DNA of 64,000 bases, the filler included, from Stramenopiles sp. TOSAG23-6 (lineage: Eukaryota): NCBI GenBank assembly GCA_900128565.1. It is 15 parts of 15 records of this genome, joined end to end, with 100 filler letters (N's around TTAATTAATTAA, not from the genome) between each part and the next. Parts side by side here need not be neighbours in the genome. Positions count along the whole stretch, not along the records: positions 25,764 to 29,951 come from LT637239.1; positions 30,052 to 34,230 come from LT637240.1; positions 34,331 to 38,506 come from LT637241.1; positions 38,607 to 42,780 come from LT637242.1; 11 more parts are not named here. One strand, given 5' to 3'. Both the position numbers and the translations under genes were made by a program. Position 1 is the first letter of the stretch; each line of letters begins with the position of its first letter. Positions 25,846 through 38,707 of this stretch are shown in pieces. A model generated the notes under the pieces. The model did not search any database and had not been told where the DNA came from. It saw nothing but the letters and a program-made list of their open reading frames with translations.

Positions 25846-27374
25846 TATATGAGACGCAAAGTCAAGATGGTAAAAACAACCAAAGATTGAAAATGATGAA
25901 ACCCGACTATTTACGTTATCCAAGTGATGTTTTTAAGCTTCAAACATTTTCTGATCTCATTCAGATGTGTCTGTCACATTGTGGTGAAAAAGGAAAATTC
26001 ATTTTTATAAAGTATTTGAATGACTTTATGACGTTGTTGTGGAGTTGTGATTCAAATCAATTTGAATGTGATGAAAACAAAGTAGGGTTGATGAAAACTT
26101 TGTTGCTTGTTGTCAAAAATGCACCAGAGATAATTATTGAAACAATTCTGTCCCATACCTCTGTATGTTTTATTTTATTTTTGTATGAATTTTTTTTTCG
26201 TACGAAATTTTGTACCTAACAAATTTATGTTTTTTTTTTTGAAATATTTTTTCACAATACCTGATTCGAATCAAACATTTGCTGCTCGACTTTTAGATTA
26301 TCATATTTGTTTACGAACTTCAGATTTTTTTAAGAAATGGAATAATAATTTTTTACCAGTAGTGTATGAAATCATGTATGTTTTTTCATCATGAATTTCA
26401 AAATATATTATTTCTGTATGAAATTTCGTACCTAAACAAATGTTTTGACCAATTTTCAAATATTTTTTCACAATGTAGGTATCTATTTTGTCAGCACAAA
26501 CCCGATGAAGAAGGTTCCTTTTTCTCTGCACTGTCCAACCATAAAAATTGGCATTGGGCATGTACTAATATATGTATACTCTATTCCATTCATGTACGTT
26601 TTCATAATTGATTTTTGTACTAATTTCGAATTTATTTTTTTTTAATACAAAATGTTGTACCTAACGATTTTTTAAAACCAAAAAAAATAATATTTTCCCT
26701 CGATACATCATCCTTTACCGTGTGAAATGATGTCAAATATTTGGAATATTTGTGCGACACGAAGAGTTGGATTTCGTATGAATTATATAACAAAAATGGG
26801 AAAGTATTTGAATGATAACCCAAAACAAAGTTATTTTTCTCCTTTATTGCCATGTTTAAAAACTATTGCAAGAGATAGTGATGATTTTATGCGTATGTAT
26901 GAGCATGGCATACTCCCTTTTGTATTTGACTTTATTTCTAAAACTTTAAAAAGAATTGGAGACAATTTTTTTTCTCCAGATGATTTGAATGAAAATTTTG
27001 CATCTGAGCTGAAAAAGACAAATATAGCTATATCAATTATTGGAACTCTTCAACGTAATATTTGTGACGTTTTAAGTATTGATAAAGTATCTTCATCTAA
27101 TGATAATAATAATAATAATGATAATAATGATGCTGTGACTGCGAATATAGAATACATCAATGATTTAAAGGAAACCATTCTGAGAAACAAAACAATTCAG
27201 AACTTTCATCTGCATACGAAAATATTACACGATATGATGTCAAAATTAAATGATGAACAGCGAAGCATTCCTTTTATTTCTTCATGGATATCTCAAATAG
27301 ATCAAATTGATCTTCAACGTCAGTGTTGGATTCGAATATGTAAATATTTATCAATGTGTAACCCTAAACCCTAA
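25846..27374 (+). CDS. Unknown helical protein, 3' part; exons 25846-26162, 26263-26375, 26479-26593, 26709-27374
   Basis: Single continuous frame after removing three family introns ending CT, AG and AT. Confidence 0.65.
26163..26262 (+). mobile_element. Introner-like intron GT..CT
   Basis: CT direct repeat at both junctions; in-frame join. Confidence 0.75.
26376..26478 (+). mobile_element. Family intron GT..AG
   Basis: Ends CACAATGTAG; in-frame join. Confidence 0.75.
26594..26708 (+). mobile_element. Family intron GT..AT
   Basis: Joins YSIH-HPLPCE. Confidence 0.75.
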
Positions 27375-27430
27375 TAAGAGTAGTATACTGAATCTATAAA
27401 ATTTTGATTTGTTGTATTTGTTTTATTTAT

Positions 27431-28261
27431 TTACTTTCTTTTATAAATACAAAGACCATCAAAAGATTTTATGCCATCAATAACATCACTCTGTTTTTTT
27501 ACTTCAAAGTGACCATCGAAAGATTTTATGTCATCAACAACATCACTCAGTTTTTTTACTTCAAATTCGCTTTGAAGTTTTACATTTTTTAACGTACAGG
27601 CGTCAAATGAAATGTTAACAAACAACCCCCCTGGTTTAAGAATATTTGATACTAAATTCAGAATATTTTCTTCTTCGGGCATTGGGCATGCGACACCTGC
27701 AATACCATCGAAACATGGAAGAGTTTGCCCTCGGCACAGACTATTTGCAGTTTTGGCTACAGCTTCCGTGTCTTTCGCTGGTGGAATGATGTCACCATGG
27801 TTCCATGTATATAAATTATTCTTAGAAACGTAATCATCCCAATTTACTCTATTTTCAAAAGGCTGAAGAAATCCTCTTCTCTCTGGATATATTTTCACAA
27901 AAGAATAATAGTCATGCACATAATGTGTTGTACTCAATCCCAGGAAACTGGGATCCATAAATGAAAAGTCTACTCGCGAGGAAGGTTTTAAGTAACTATT
28001 CAGAATCATTAACAAATTATTTGCTCTATAGGGAAGAGAAGCTGTATTGTGGCAAAGAAATAATAGGTTTGTATCTGCAGGTGAACGCTCCATAGCTCTA
28101 AACAATAACAAATTAGGACCTGCAATTTTAGGTCTTTGGTCTTGTTCAATCATCTCTTTAGACTCCTCATGTACTTTAGACTCAGGTTGCGCTGCGGCCT
28201 CAATGCCTAAAAGTATGCATGTAAAAAAAAACACAATGCCAACGAAAAATTTCCACCACAT
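27431..28261 (-). CDS. Secreted protein with a class I SAM methyltransferase-like C-terminal motif
   Basis: Hydrophobic signal peptide; CFDGI..ILKPGGLFV; 19-aa tandem repeat at the C terminus. Confidence 0.5.
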   Translation of the reverse strand: MWWKFFVGIVFFFTCILLGIEAAAQPESKVHEESKEMIEQDQRPKIAGPNLLLFRAMERSPADTNLLFLCHNTASLPYRANNLLMILNSYLKPSSRVDFSFMDPSFLGLSTTHYVHDYYSFVKIYPERRGFLQPFENRVNWDDYVSKNNLYTWNHGDIIPPAKDTEAVAKTANSLCRGQTLPCFDGIAGVACPMPEEENILNLVSNILKPGGLFVNISFDACTLKNVKLQSEFEVKKLSDVVDDIKSFDGHFEVKKQSDVIDGIKSFDGLCIYKRK

Positions 28262-28521
28262 TGATAATCTTATTATTATGCAATATATTAGTGATACTAG
28301 CTAGTATACCTGTAAATAACCTGTGTTGTTCTGTGTGCTACAGTATGACACAGCGAAAATGTCATTTGATCTCTGCTGAAAAAAAGAAGAAGGATTTTCG
28401 CTTTCGGATTTCGTGTTTTCCGGGAGGTTTCATAAAACGGTTACTGTTTCTGTTCACACACTTTTTTGAGTTTCAATACAAAGTACTGTACCTCAATTAA
28501 AACCTTTGTATTTTGATAACC

Positions 28522-29649
28522 ATGAGTGACTCAGAGACTAACTCAGAGTTCGATTCATCTGATTCAGAAGAAGGAGATTCCAAGACAGGATTGACACAAA
28601 ATCAAAACCGTCTACTCTATTTGATTTCACAGTATTCTCACAAAGCTCAGAATGAAAACGAACAAGAGGGTTGGATTCGTAAACCAGCACTAATGGTTTT
28701 AATTTATGAAGGTGTTGTGACAAAAGTTTTAGATTATGACTACGCCCCAGCATCATCCATAGTAGAATCTCGTCGAAAATACTTCAACGTGTCTCAAGAA
28801 GGTCGCTCTGATGTCGATTACTTGCGAGAGGAAGAACTTATTAATGGTTTAAAATTATCTTCTAAAGACTTTCAACCTGTAACTTGTTACCAAGTATCAG
28901 AAAAAGGCCAAGAAGTAATTGATAAGATCAACAAATTAGATAAAGAAGCAGTTCATGAAACTATATATGCACCGCAAACTAGAGATTTATTACAAGTCAT
29001 TTGGGATGGCAATGAATATTATTTAGAGTCGTCCAATGGATACAAAGTTCGTTCATCTGTGACCGAATGCGAAGATGTCTCTTATGTTTCAAGTGCATAT
29101 GTGCCACAGTGCTTACGAACAGGAGGTCGGCCTACAATGTCTAATGCACATAGAGCTCACGAGTGTAAAACGAATAGCAATATTCGAGATGATCTGGACG
29201 AAGTGGTGACTCTTAATTCTGTTTCGTTAATTGTGGCAGAATTTATCCCGTTTGGTGCGAATCAAATTGTACAATTAAATCAAAATTTAGGCTCCACCGA
29301 ACGCGTACAAGGTGGATTCTTTACAGCTGTAATTGATGATGATGCTGCAGGCACTCAATTTTCAATTAGTCCAGGTCTTACATCGATTAATATTTTAGAC
29401 TACACACCGACCAATCATACAAATTTTGAGGCTGATATCCATGTACGTTTTCATCATTAATTTTTAATTTTTTTTTGGTAGAAAATTTTGTACCTAACAA
29501 AACAAAATTCTAAAAAATATTTTTTCACAATACATTATCCGGAAGATGAAGGTGTAGTACAAGTTGAAACATTTGGTGTTTCAGTTAATTCGCATGGGAC
29601 AATGTATTATGGAATGCAAGTTGAGGCAGTTTTGGATCGTATCAAAGAT
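28522..29649 (+). CDS. Uncharacterised globular protein; exons 28522-29442, 29536-29649, continuation unclear
   Basis: Long complex ORF; frame continues FEADIH|YPEDEGVVQVETFG after a GT..AT intron. Confidence 0.75.
29443..29535 (+). mobile_element. Introner-like intron GT..AT
   Basis: Joins EADIH-YPEDEG. Confidence 0.85.
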
Positions 29650-30657
29650 GTACGTTTTTAAAATTTTAATTTTTTTTATTTTGGTAGAAAATTTTGTACC
29701 TAACAATTTTTTTTTTGTACTACAATTTTTTTTTTTTTTCACAATTTAGGTTGCGGCTAGTCAAAATTATTAGTTATAGTTACTTCTACTCTTTCCGTCA
29801 TTAGATGGAGATTTTCTCCAAGTGGAATGAATCCTCAAATGGAGGTTTCGGAAATAAAAATTCCTCGTCAAAATCAAAATTTCCGTAACCCTACTCAAAA
29901 TAATGGAAATGGAAATAAGCAAGAAAATTTTTCTTTTAGAAACCCTAACCCNNNNNNNNNNNNNNNNNNNNNNNNNNNNNNNNNNNNNNNNNNNNTTAAT
30001 TAATTAANNNNNNNNNNNNNNNNNNNNNNNNNNNNNNNNNNNNNNNNNNNNATATATTGTGAATGCTCATGAAGTTTGAATTGCAATCTTGCAGAATTTG
30101 TTTGCACTTGAACTTTCATTTACTTACGTATCCGCTATAAGCTAGATAGTTGCTACTACAGGTATCAGAAACAGTTACTATGGTACCAAAAACTTTCGAA
30201 TGTCCCTTCGGGTATTTATTCGGGTGGCAAATCTCGATCTCGGTCACTCACGCTCAAGTGCGAGTGCAGAGTTTTGTCNNNNNNNNNNNNNNNNNNNNNN
30301 NNNNNNNNNNNNNNNNNNNNNNNNNNNNNNNNNNNNNNNNNNNNNNNNNNNNNNNNNNNNNNNNNNNNNNNNNNNNNNNNNNNNNNNNNNNNNNNNNNNN
30401 NNNNNNNNNNNNNNNNNNNNNNNNNNNNNATATATTGTGAATGCTCATGAAGTTTGAATTGCAATCTTGCAGAATTTGTTTGCACTTGAACTTTCATTTA
30501 CTTACGTATCCGCTATAAGCTAGATAGTTGCTACTACAGGTATCAGAAACAGTTACTATGGTACCAAAAACTTTCGAATGTCCCTTCGGGTATTTATTCG
30601 GGTGGCAAATCTCGATCTCGGTCACTCACGCTCAAGTGCGAGTGCAGAGTTTTGTCN

Positions 30658-32483
30658 CATCAGGAGGTCTCTCAACAACTCAAGCTTGGTAAGTTTGCCA
30701 TTGTTGTTTTAGTTTCCTGGTTTCAATGTTTTCCCCGGCAGCTAATTTTAATATGCAGCTAATAATGATACACTATTATATTTTCACACACAATAGTTAT
30801 ACGGTAGTTAATGTGTTTGTTGGGCTTGGCCTTTTGTCTAAACCATATGCACTTATGAAAGGTGGTTGGTTCAGTCTGCCATTCTTAGGTATCCTATGNN
30901 NNNNNNNNNNNNNNNNNNNNNNNNNNNNNNTACTCTGTCGATACACAGGCGGAAAACTTATTGCGTGTTTTATACGCTTCGAAGATGCGGCTACATATCC
31001 TTCACTGGGGCGTCAAGCTTTTGGTAATTTTGGATATTTTCTCGTTTGCTTCTTCATAGTCATTGAATTTTTTGGTGGGTCTTTAGTTGCACTGATATTC
31101 CTTTGGAACAATGTTGAATTTCTTCTCTCGTCAGCAGGTATTATAGTAGCAAAGTGGAAGCTGGCAGCAATTCTTACTGCTCTTGTCACACCAACAGTCT
31201 GGATGACAGATTTTTCTCGATTAAAAGCACTCTCTCTTCTAGGTGCTGTAACAGCTGCACTTATTATATTCTTCGCCTTGTACATTTGGCTATATTCTGT
31301 ATATACGCAGCATCAAAACAAATGTTTTCTAGAAGACAGATCTCCATGTTTTGATAGTAACCGTGGTTGGTGGTCATGCATGCTTACCTGAAGTGTATGC
31401 TCAAATGAAAAATCCTGAAAAATTTGGTACAATGTTGAATTGCTCTTTTAGTTTAATATATGTAGTATATATTCTTATGGCTATTACCGGGTACTTTACC
31501 TTTGGGGAAAGTGTAGATAATTTACTTACACAAACTATTCGTATATGGCCAAATGGGGTAATTTTTTACCTACTAACTTCTTTCGTAGCAATAAAATGCT
31601 TCTGTGGTGTGAGTCCTATGATCAATATACTATGTGAAATTCCGGAAGAACTTTTAGGTTTAACAATTTATGAAGAAAACGTAGAGCCAACTTGTATGTT
31701 TTCATCAAATTATAATAGTCCTACAGAATTTGATGGAAATTATAATAGTCCTATAGAATATGAAAGAAATTATGAAAGCTGTCCACCACCATCTCGTTTT
31801 CGTGTACAACAAAAACGGGTCCAGTGGAAGGAAAAAGTAGATGAAGAAAAATGTGGAATATTTTNNNNNNNNNNNNNCTCGTCGTTATAGTGGGGGAGTT
31901 GGCAGTCATTCGTTAGGTAGGGAAGTTGATGTGAATTTAACTTCAAAATTTCCAAGTGACACTCCTCTCCTTTCTCCACTCCTAGATACGAAAGCAAATA
32001 ATGAAAGCTCAAGTGATAGCCAAAATCTTATCATTAACCTGAATCAACACTCAGGTGAGAGACGAAAATATTACAATTGTTGGTGTTATAAGATTCCTAA
32101 GCCAGTGATACTACGAACTATTGTTCTGTGGGCTGCTGCAAGTGTAGCTTTGTACGTTTTCATCATTAAGTTTAATTATATTTTTTGGTCAAATTTTGTA
32201 CTAAACGAATCCGATAACAAATCTGATTCTGATGATNNNNNNNNNNNNNNNNNNNNNNNCAGTCAAAGATCTTGCAGAAGTTGAGGCAATCACCGGTGCG
32301 ATGTGTACAATTGCGACTAGCTTTATTTTACCATGTTTGCTTCACTTAGCTCTATTTTGGAGTTCTAGAAAAATTTCGGTGTGTGAAAGATTTCTTGATT
32401 TTTCAATTGTGGTGATTGGTTCTATATTAGGTATAGCTCTTACGTTTTTTGATGTTCAATCAATAATTCAGAAGGATGGATAA
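30658..32483 (+). CDS. Vacuolar-type amino-acid transporter (gaps, frameshift near 31350)
   Basis: NVFVGLGLLSKPYA, GGHACLPEVYAQMKNP, GYFTFG, SFILPC. Confidence 0.85.
30689..30796 (+). other. Canonical GT-AG intron
   Basis: GTAAGT...CAATAG; joins STTQAC-YTVVNVFVG in frame. Confidence 0.75.
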
Positions 32484-33458
32484 TAGATAGAATTTTTATT
32501 GTAATAAATTAACCTTCTTATATTTTCTACTCGATTATGCTTTTTGAATTAGTTGGGGAACTTTAACACCATTGGTATATTCTTTATAGAAACACACTGT
32601 TTTCCACTTTTTCTTTTCTTCGTAATACTTTTCTTCTGTTTTTTTTGTTTTGTTTGTTTTCTTGGCATTTTTACCTTTGTAACTGTAACAACAGGGATTT
32701 TACTAGTGTCTATGTACGGAGACAAATTTGAAATTGAATCTGTAACAACTTTTGTACCAAACGAATTGCGTTTTTTTCGAATTCGATCCTGCATGTCTAT
32801 ATATTTTTTCTGTGATTTTCTTGTAATGTTTGACTGTATGAGTTTCTCTTCGTCAAATTAGAATCTTCGGTAGTAACCCCAAAAGCACGTGCCGTCCAGA
32901 AGACAACCCGTGTTTCACAACGTGATAATAAGCTATTACACCGACTATGAAGCACATTCCACATTATTCACACCAGTGGTTAATGTGATTACCGACAACA
33001 GTCTGAGAACACTCAAGATTAGAATTTCTCGCTCTGGTTTTGTGAAGTGAAATTGGCACACACTCTCTTTGTCGAGTGACATGTGTTCGAGTCAGTGCGA
33101 CATCAATAAATAACGGAAACCCTAACCCTAGTAATCAAAACGAAATCTAATTGTGTCAGTGTCACTCACTTTGACTGTCAATCATGATTCGATTTGCATG
33201 TATACGCAATGCTAATAGTCTTTACGAATGAATGAATACCCCTAGCTGAAATTCTTTAGCTCGTGTATTCCACCGGTTCACATCGTAATTGAGACATTAC
33301 GCAATATTATTTCAAAACACACAATTGCATAAGACAGTGTCTCTTCTTGGTGTATAACGTAAAACTGTAGGAAGACATCATTAAAGTATTTCATTTTCTC
33401 GCACGGTGTGTGTTTTACTTGTCACATTGATTGCGCTTTGAGAAACTAGTCTTTTCTT

Positions 33459-34172
33459 ATGGGAGTCAGACCGGATCCAGTGAAACCTCAAGGTGATATT
33501 TCCGCGGCTGAAACTTATCGTAAACAAAGATATACACCGCCAAAAGAAGTAATTTGTGCTTGTAGTCCTGCAACCCGTCAACTTTACACGAAAGATTGTT
33601 TTTTTTTTTCTGCATTGGCGTCCTCATTCTTGTGTGCGTCCTTCCGTTCGTTAGTATTGTTGTTGGTTTCGCTGTTCTTTGGGATTTTATCGATCGTCTT
33701 GGCCAAGGTCGACCTCTTGATGGATATATATTGTCTTTTACTCGATGGTTTAACAAATGGACAGCAAATTTTAATTCAAGGTTTGTAAAAAAAAAGGAAG
33801 ACTCTTATATGCTTAATGTTGTCATCCTTCAGGGTATACTCTTACCGCTAATGTTTCTTGCAGCTGCTCGTTATGCTATTCAAAACGATGGAATTTCCTA
33901 TCCACTCATTCTTATATATCATATCCTTCGTATTGGTCCATATTTTATGAACTTTGCATATTGTTATACTCTTTGTCACAAAGAAGGTCATTCACGTCGA
34001 GGTCTATTTGCAGAGCCGTTTGTTTTCATCATGAATTTCAATTTTTTTTTGGTAGAAAATTCCGTACCTAACGAATTTTAGATTTGACATATTTTTCCCA
34101 ATATATGTATAATTCTTTACCATGTTTTCGGTATGTGTTTAATTGGTGGATTGGTTTATTTTACGGCGTAAT
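33459..34172 (+). CDS. Membrane fatty-acid-desaturase-like protein, 3' truncated (poly-T frameshift near 33600)
   Basis: TM helices, His box LCHKEGH, FNWWIGLFYG. Confidence 0.6.
34018..34106 (+). mobile_element. Introner-like intron GT..AT
   Basis: Joins FAEP-YNSLP..FNWW. Confidence 0.8.
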
Positions 34173-34330
34173 GTGTGTTTTAGTTTTTTTTCAATTTCGA
34201 ATTTATTTTTCGTACGAAATTTTGTACCTANNNNNNNNNNNNNNNNNNNNNNNNNNNNNNNNNNNNNNNNNNNNTTAATTAATTAANNNNNNNNNNNNNN
34301 NNNNNNNNNNNNNNNNNNNNNNNNNNNNNN

Positions 34331-34410
34331 TTTATTTTTCCCAATTTTTCTATTGTTTTTTTATTTTTCCCAATTTTTCTATTGTTTTTTTATTTTTCCC
34401 AATTTTTATA
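34331..34410. repeat. ~29-30 bp tandem repeat (TTATTTTTCCCAATTTTTCTATTGTTTTT) x3
   Basis: Seen directly; degenerate reverse-complement copies at the 3' end of the paralogous LRR gene (37170-37240). Confidence 0.8.
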
Positions 34411-34419
34411 TTCAATCTA

Positions 34420-35514
34420 TTATATTCTCACACGTACTTTTTTAGAAATTCCATTTGGAATTGAACCAGATAGGTTGTTGTTTTGCAAGTACAAAAATCG
34501 AAGGTTTGTTAGTTGACCAATTTCTTTTGGAATTGGACCAGATAGGTTGTTGTCTTGCAAGAACAATCTTGTGAGCTTTGTTAATTGACCAATTTCATTT
34601 GGTATTGAACCAGATAGTTGGTTGTCTTGCAATTTCAAATGCGTGAGATTTGTTAGTTGACCAAATTCCGTTGGAATTGGACCAGAGAGTTTGTTCTCTG
34701 CCAAGTGCAAATTTTCGAGCTTTGTTAGTAGACCAATTTCACTTGGTATTGGACCAGTTAGGTTGTTCTTATACAAGTACAATTTTTCGAGATTTGATAG
34801 TTGATCAATTTCAGAAGGTATTTCACCAAATAAGTTGTTCTTTGACAAGTTCAACCATATGAGCTTTGTTAGATGACCAATTTCATTTGGAATTGGACCA
34901 ATTAGATTGTTCTCACGCAAGTCCAACCATTTGAGATTTGTTAATCGACCAATTTCTGTTGGAATTGAACCAGATAGTTTGTCGAACCTCAAATCCAATT
35001 CAATAACACTTCCTTCTTCATTACACTTTACTCCACGCCAACGACAAATATTTATATGTGTTTTCCAATTTTGACTACTCCCCCAACGCCAATTTATTCC
35101 ATCTGTATTATCATACAATGCAATTAACGCTTGTCTTTCCAATAACTTGCGATAAATACCTTCTACACGTCGTAGCTGTTGGCTTTTGATCTGTTCATTT
35201 TCAGCGGAAACAATATCTTCATGTAAACCTAGTGATTTCATCTCGTCTTTCATCGTTTCAAATATTGCTCTTAGACCACGTACGCGCTTGGTAAATTCAG
35301 CTTCACTTTTCCTGTGCAAGTCTCTTGAAACAAGACCTAAACGACCTACTCCTTTGCTGTCAAAAAGGCGTAAAGAGTGGCCTAAGCCAAATTCTGCGTT
35401 TTGTGCTTGTCGTGCTTGGAGTATTTGTTGTATTTCGTCAGTAAACGATGCTCCTTTACTTTCTTGTATACACATTGTCACCAATAATAGCAGTATAATA
35501 TATGGATGATTCAT
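34420..35514 (-). CDS. Secreted plant-type LRR protein
   Basis: Signal peptide, LRR N-cap (C.WRGVKC), 24-aa LxxLxLxxNxLSGxIPxEIG repeats. Confidence 0.92.
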   Translation of the reverse strand: MNHPYIILLLLVTMCIQESKGASFTDEIQQILQARQAQNAEFGLGHSLRLFDSKGVGRLGLVSRDLHRKSEAEFTKRVRGLRAIFETMKDEMKSLGLHEDIVSAENEQIKSQQLRRVEGIYRKLLERQALIALYDNTDGINWRWGSSQNWKTHINICRWRGVKCNEEGSVIELDLRFDKLSGSIPTEIGRLTNLKWLDLRENNLIGPIPNEIGHLTKLIWLNLSKNNLFGEIPSEIDQLSNLEKLYLYKNNLTGPIPSEIGLLTKLENLHLAENKLSGPIPTEFGQLTNLTHLKLQDNQLSGSIPNEIGQLTKLTRLFLQDNNLSGPIPKEIGQLTNLRFLYLQNNNLSGSIPNGISKKVRVRI

Positions 35515-35767
35515 TTTGGTGAATTAGTTTGCAAATAGTTTTGTTTTTCGTTTTGTTTTTGTGTACCTACATTACTCATGTACGAGAAAAAACACTGTGG
35601 AAAGCGACGGTTATAAAAAAAAACAAAAATTGTCGTTTCGGTGATTTTCATTAAATATAACCGTCACTTTTCAGACAGAGCTCGACAGAGCTGTCTTCTT
35701 TTAAACTATAATATTCTATAGTGTATTTTCATCAGACATCTTCTTATTTTTCCTCCTCGTGCTAAAA

Positions 35768-37216
35768 ATGATGAAATTTGCTCTTGCATCATATGTACTT
35801 ATCTTTCAGTGTACGTCTATTCATGGTGCTCATGGCATTCCTGGAGTTGGAGGGATTGCTGGATATATTCCATCATTCTTGAATCATGTTTTTTCTTCTT
35901 CTTCTTCAAAAATTAGGGAAGAAAAAACTCATTTTGTTTCTTCTTCTTCTTCTTATGTTATGGAAGAAAACAAAATGAGACACACCACCACCACCAAGAC
36001 AAAACATCCAACAATCATCAACAAGAGTAGCCATCATCGTTCGTATACAGGAGTAAATACACCAGATCAAGAAAATAAAAAACTTACTCAACGATTTGTA
36101 AAACTACAAGCACAAAACGAAGAATTAGGCTTAGGCCACTCTTTACGCCTTTTTGACAGCAAAGGAGTAGGTCGTTTAGGTCTTGTTTCAAGAGACTTGC
36201 ACAGGAAAAGTGAAGCTGAATTTACCAAGCGCGTACGTGGTCTAAGAGCAATATTTGAAACGATGAAAGACGAGATGAAATCACTAGGTTTACATGAAGA
36301 TATTGTTTCCGCCAAAAAAGAAGAGAGCAATAGTCAACAGCTACAACGTGTAGAAGGTATTTATCGAAAGATTTTGGACAAACAAGCGTTAATTGCATTG
36401 TATAATAATACAGATGGAATCAATTGGTTAGATCATACAAATTGGAATACAAATGCAGATATTTGTAAATGGTATGGAGTCAAGTGTACGGAAGGAAGTG
36501 TTACTACATTGAAGTTGGGCTTCAACAACCTATCTGGTTCAATTCCAAAGGAAATTGGGCGATTAACGGAGCTCACATTGTTGGATTTGAGGTTCAACAA
36601 CCTATATGGTTCAATTCCAACGGAAATTGGTCAACTAACAAAGCTTTGGTTGTGCAACTTGTCAAACAATGGACTATCTGGTTCAATTGCAAGTGAAATT
36701 GGTCAACTAAAAAAGCTTAAAAAAATGTTTTTGTCCGAAAACGAACTATCTGGTACGATTCCAAGTGAAATTGGTCAACTAACAAAGCTCGAAGAATTGT
36801 TCTTGGGAGACAACAAACTATCTGGCCCAATTCCAAAAGAAATTGGTCAGCTAACAAAAATCCAATGTTTGTGGTTGAACAACAACCAACTATCTGGTCC
36901 AATACCAAGTGAAATTGGTCAACTAACAAATCTCGAAGATTTGGACTTGTCAGACAACAATGTATCTGGTCCAATTCCTAAGGAAATTGGTCAACTAACA
37001 AATGTCATAGTTTTGTACTTACAAAATAACAACCTATCTGGTTCAATTCCAGATAAAATTGGTCAACTAACAAATCTTAAAAAAATAAACTTGAAGAACA
37101 ACAATTTATCTAATTCAATGCCAATCGATTCATTGACAAGTCTTAGATATTTGATAAGAATGAAAACAAATAGAAAAAAAACAGTGCAAAAATTGGGAAA
37201 GATAAAAGATATATAA
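35768..37216 (+). CDS. Secreted plant-type LRR protein (divergent paralog)
   Basis: Signal peptide, C.WYGVKC cap, ~9 LRRs. Confidence 0.92.
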   Translation: MMKFALASYVLIFQCTSIHGAHGIPGVGGIAGYIPSFLNHVFSSSSSKIREEKTHFVSSSSSYVMEENKMRHTTTTKTKHPTIINKSSHHRSYTGVNTPDQENKKLTQRFVKLQAQNEELGLGHSLRLFDSKGVGRLGLVSRDLHRKSEAEFTKRVRGLRAIFETMKDEMKSLGLHEDIVSAKKEESNSQQLQRVEGIYRKILDKQALIALYNNTDGINWLDHTNWNTNADICKWYGVKCTEGSVTTLKLGFNNLSGSIPKEIGRLTELTLLDLRFNNLYGSIPTEIGQLTKLWLCNLSNNGLSGSIASEIGQLKKLKKMFLSENELSGTIPSEIGQLTKLEELFLGDNKLSGPIPKEIGQLTKIQCLWLNNNQLSGPIPSEIGQLTNLEDLDLSDNNVSGPIPKEIGQLTNVIVLYLQNNNLSGSIPDKIGQLTNLKKINLKNNNLSNSMPIDSLTSLRYLIRMKTNRKKTVQKLGKIKDI

Positions 37217-37400
37217 TAGAAAAATTGGGCAAAATAATAAAACCACAAATCAAAACTTATATATATTTTTAATATCTTTACAATTACATTTCAGTTTTGT
37301 TTTGGCAATTTCAAAATGAAAATTAGGTACAAAACAAACATACAAATAAATATATGAATAATTCTAAGTATAACTTTCGTCACTTGTCTCAATTTGTTGT

Positions 37401-38390
37401 TCAATGACTTTCGTCACTTGTCTCAATTTGTTGTTCAATGTATTTCAGTAATCGTTTTAAACCTCTTAATTCTTCAGAAAGTTGGACTCTTTTTAACTCT
37501 AATTGTGTTGCATAAATTTTTTGTACACTAATGTTTTCTTCTTCCATTTGTGACTTTCTTTCAATCACTGAAAATATATAGGAAAGAATCATACCTATTT
37601 TGTAAGAGAATATTTTCAAATGTTACAATTTTGAATGTTTGTTACCAAAAATAGAATAAAAAATAAAATAAAAAAAATAAAAAAAAAAATAAAAAAATAA
37701 AAATAAAAAAAACGTACTTCGAATGTTCCACCAACAAAAATATCTACGAGAAAACCAAATCATTATACATACTGAAATAAAAACAGTTAAATATGATATT
37801 ATTGCATGAACTGTATCCGTTGTTGTTGAATCTATTGGAACATTTTGTGCTAATGATTCTGTAAGTAAACTGCATTGTACAACAATATTTAAAATGTTTT
37901 GATTTTTTTTGTTAGTTAAAAAAAGTTTAAAAAAAAAAAAAAAAATCAAAAATTTTGTTAGGTACAAAATTATCTATGAAAAAAAAAACATACATGGATA
38001 AAAAAAGCAAAAGAGGATTTGCTGTACATGCAAGTAATACAATATTTTTATCATATGCCATGGGTAATTCTGTTACTTGTTTTGTATTATTTGTATTATT
38101 TGTATTATTTGTATTATTTGTGTATGAAGAAGACGACAAAGAAGAAGAAATACTGACAATACTATTTGATGATGATGAAATATTCCCGGAATCATCAAAT
38201 TTCGTTTCCACACCATTAGGGTTAGGGTTAGGGTTAGGTTCAGACTCGATATCGAGAAGTTTTAATGGAATTATTTTATTATTTTTCTTTTTTGGTTTTG
38301 TTTGTTGTCCAATATTGCCATTATTTTTTGTATGATTTGTAACTTGATACATTTCTGGGAACAAAATTTCAATGGCAAAGGATGATATAA
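37401..38390 (-). CDS. 3' part of a membrane protein; introns 37870-37993 and 37595-37717
   Basis: TM segments and C-terminal coiled coil; frames join on removing two AG-ended family introns. Confidence 0.6.
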
Positions 38391-38707
38391 ATATATTTTG
38401 GAAAAATATTTCAAAAAAATTCTAAAAATATTTGTTAGGTACAAAATTTCGTACGAAAACCAAAAAAAACAATTTTTTTTTTTTTTTTTTTGTGTAAAAA
38501 AAAAAANNNNNNNNNNNNNNNNNNNNNNNNNNNNNNNNNNNNNNNNNNNNTTAATTAATTAANNNNNNNNNNNNNNNNNNNNNNNNNNNNNNNNNNNNNN
38601 NNNNNNATTATGAAAAAATATTTCAAAAAAAAAAAACTAAAATTTGTTAGGTACAAAATTTTTTTACCAAAAAAAAAATAAATTCAAATTTTGAAATGAA
38701 AACGTAC

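Noticed and set aside
29650-29951. Continuation of the 28522 gene after the second intron
   Set aside because: All frames stop soon after; probably mis-joined through the repeat
30051-30656. ~228-bp direct repeat around an N gap
   Set aside because: Typical scaffolding overlap artefact
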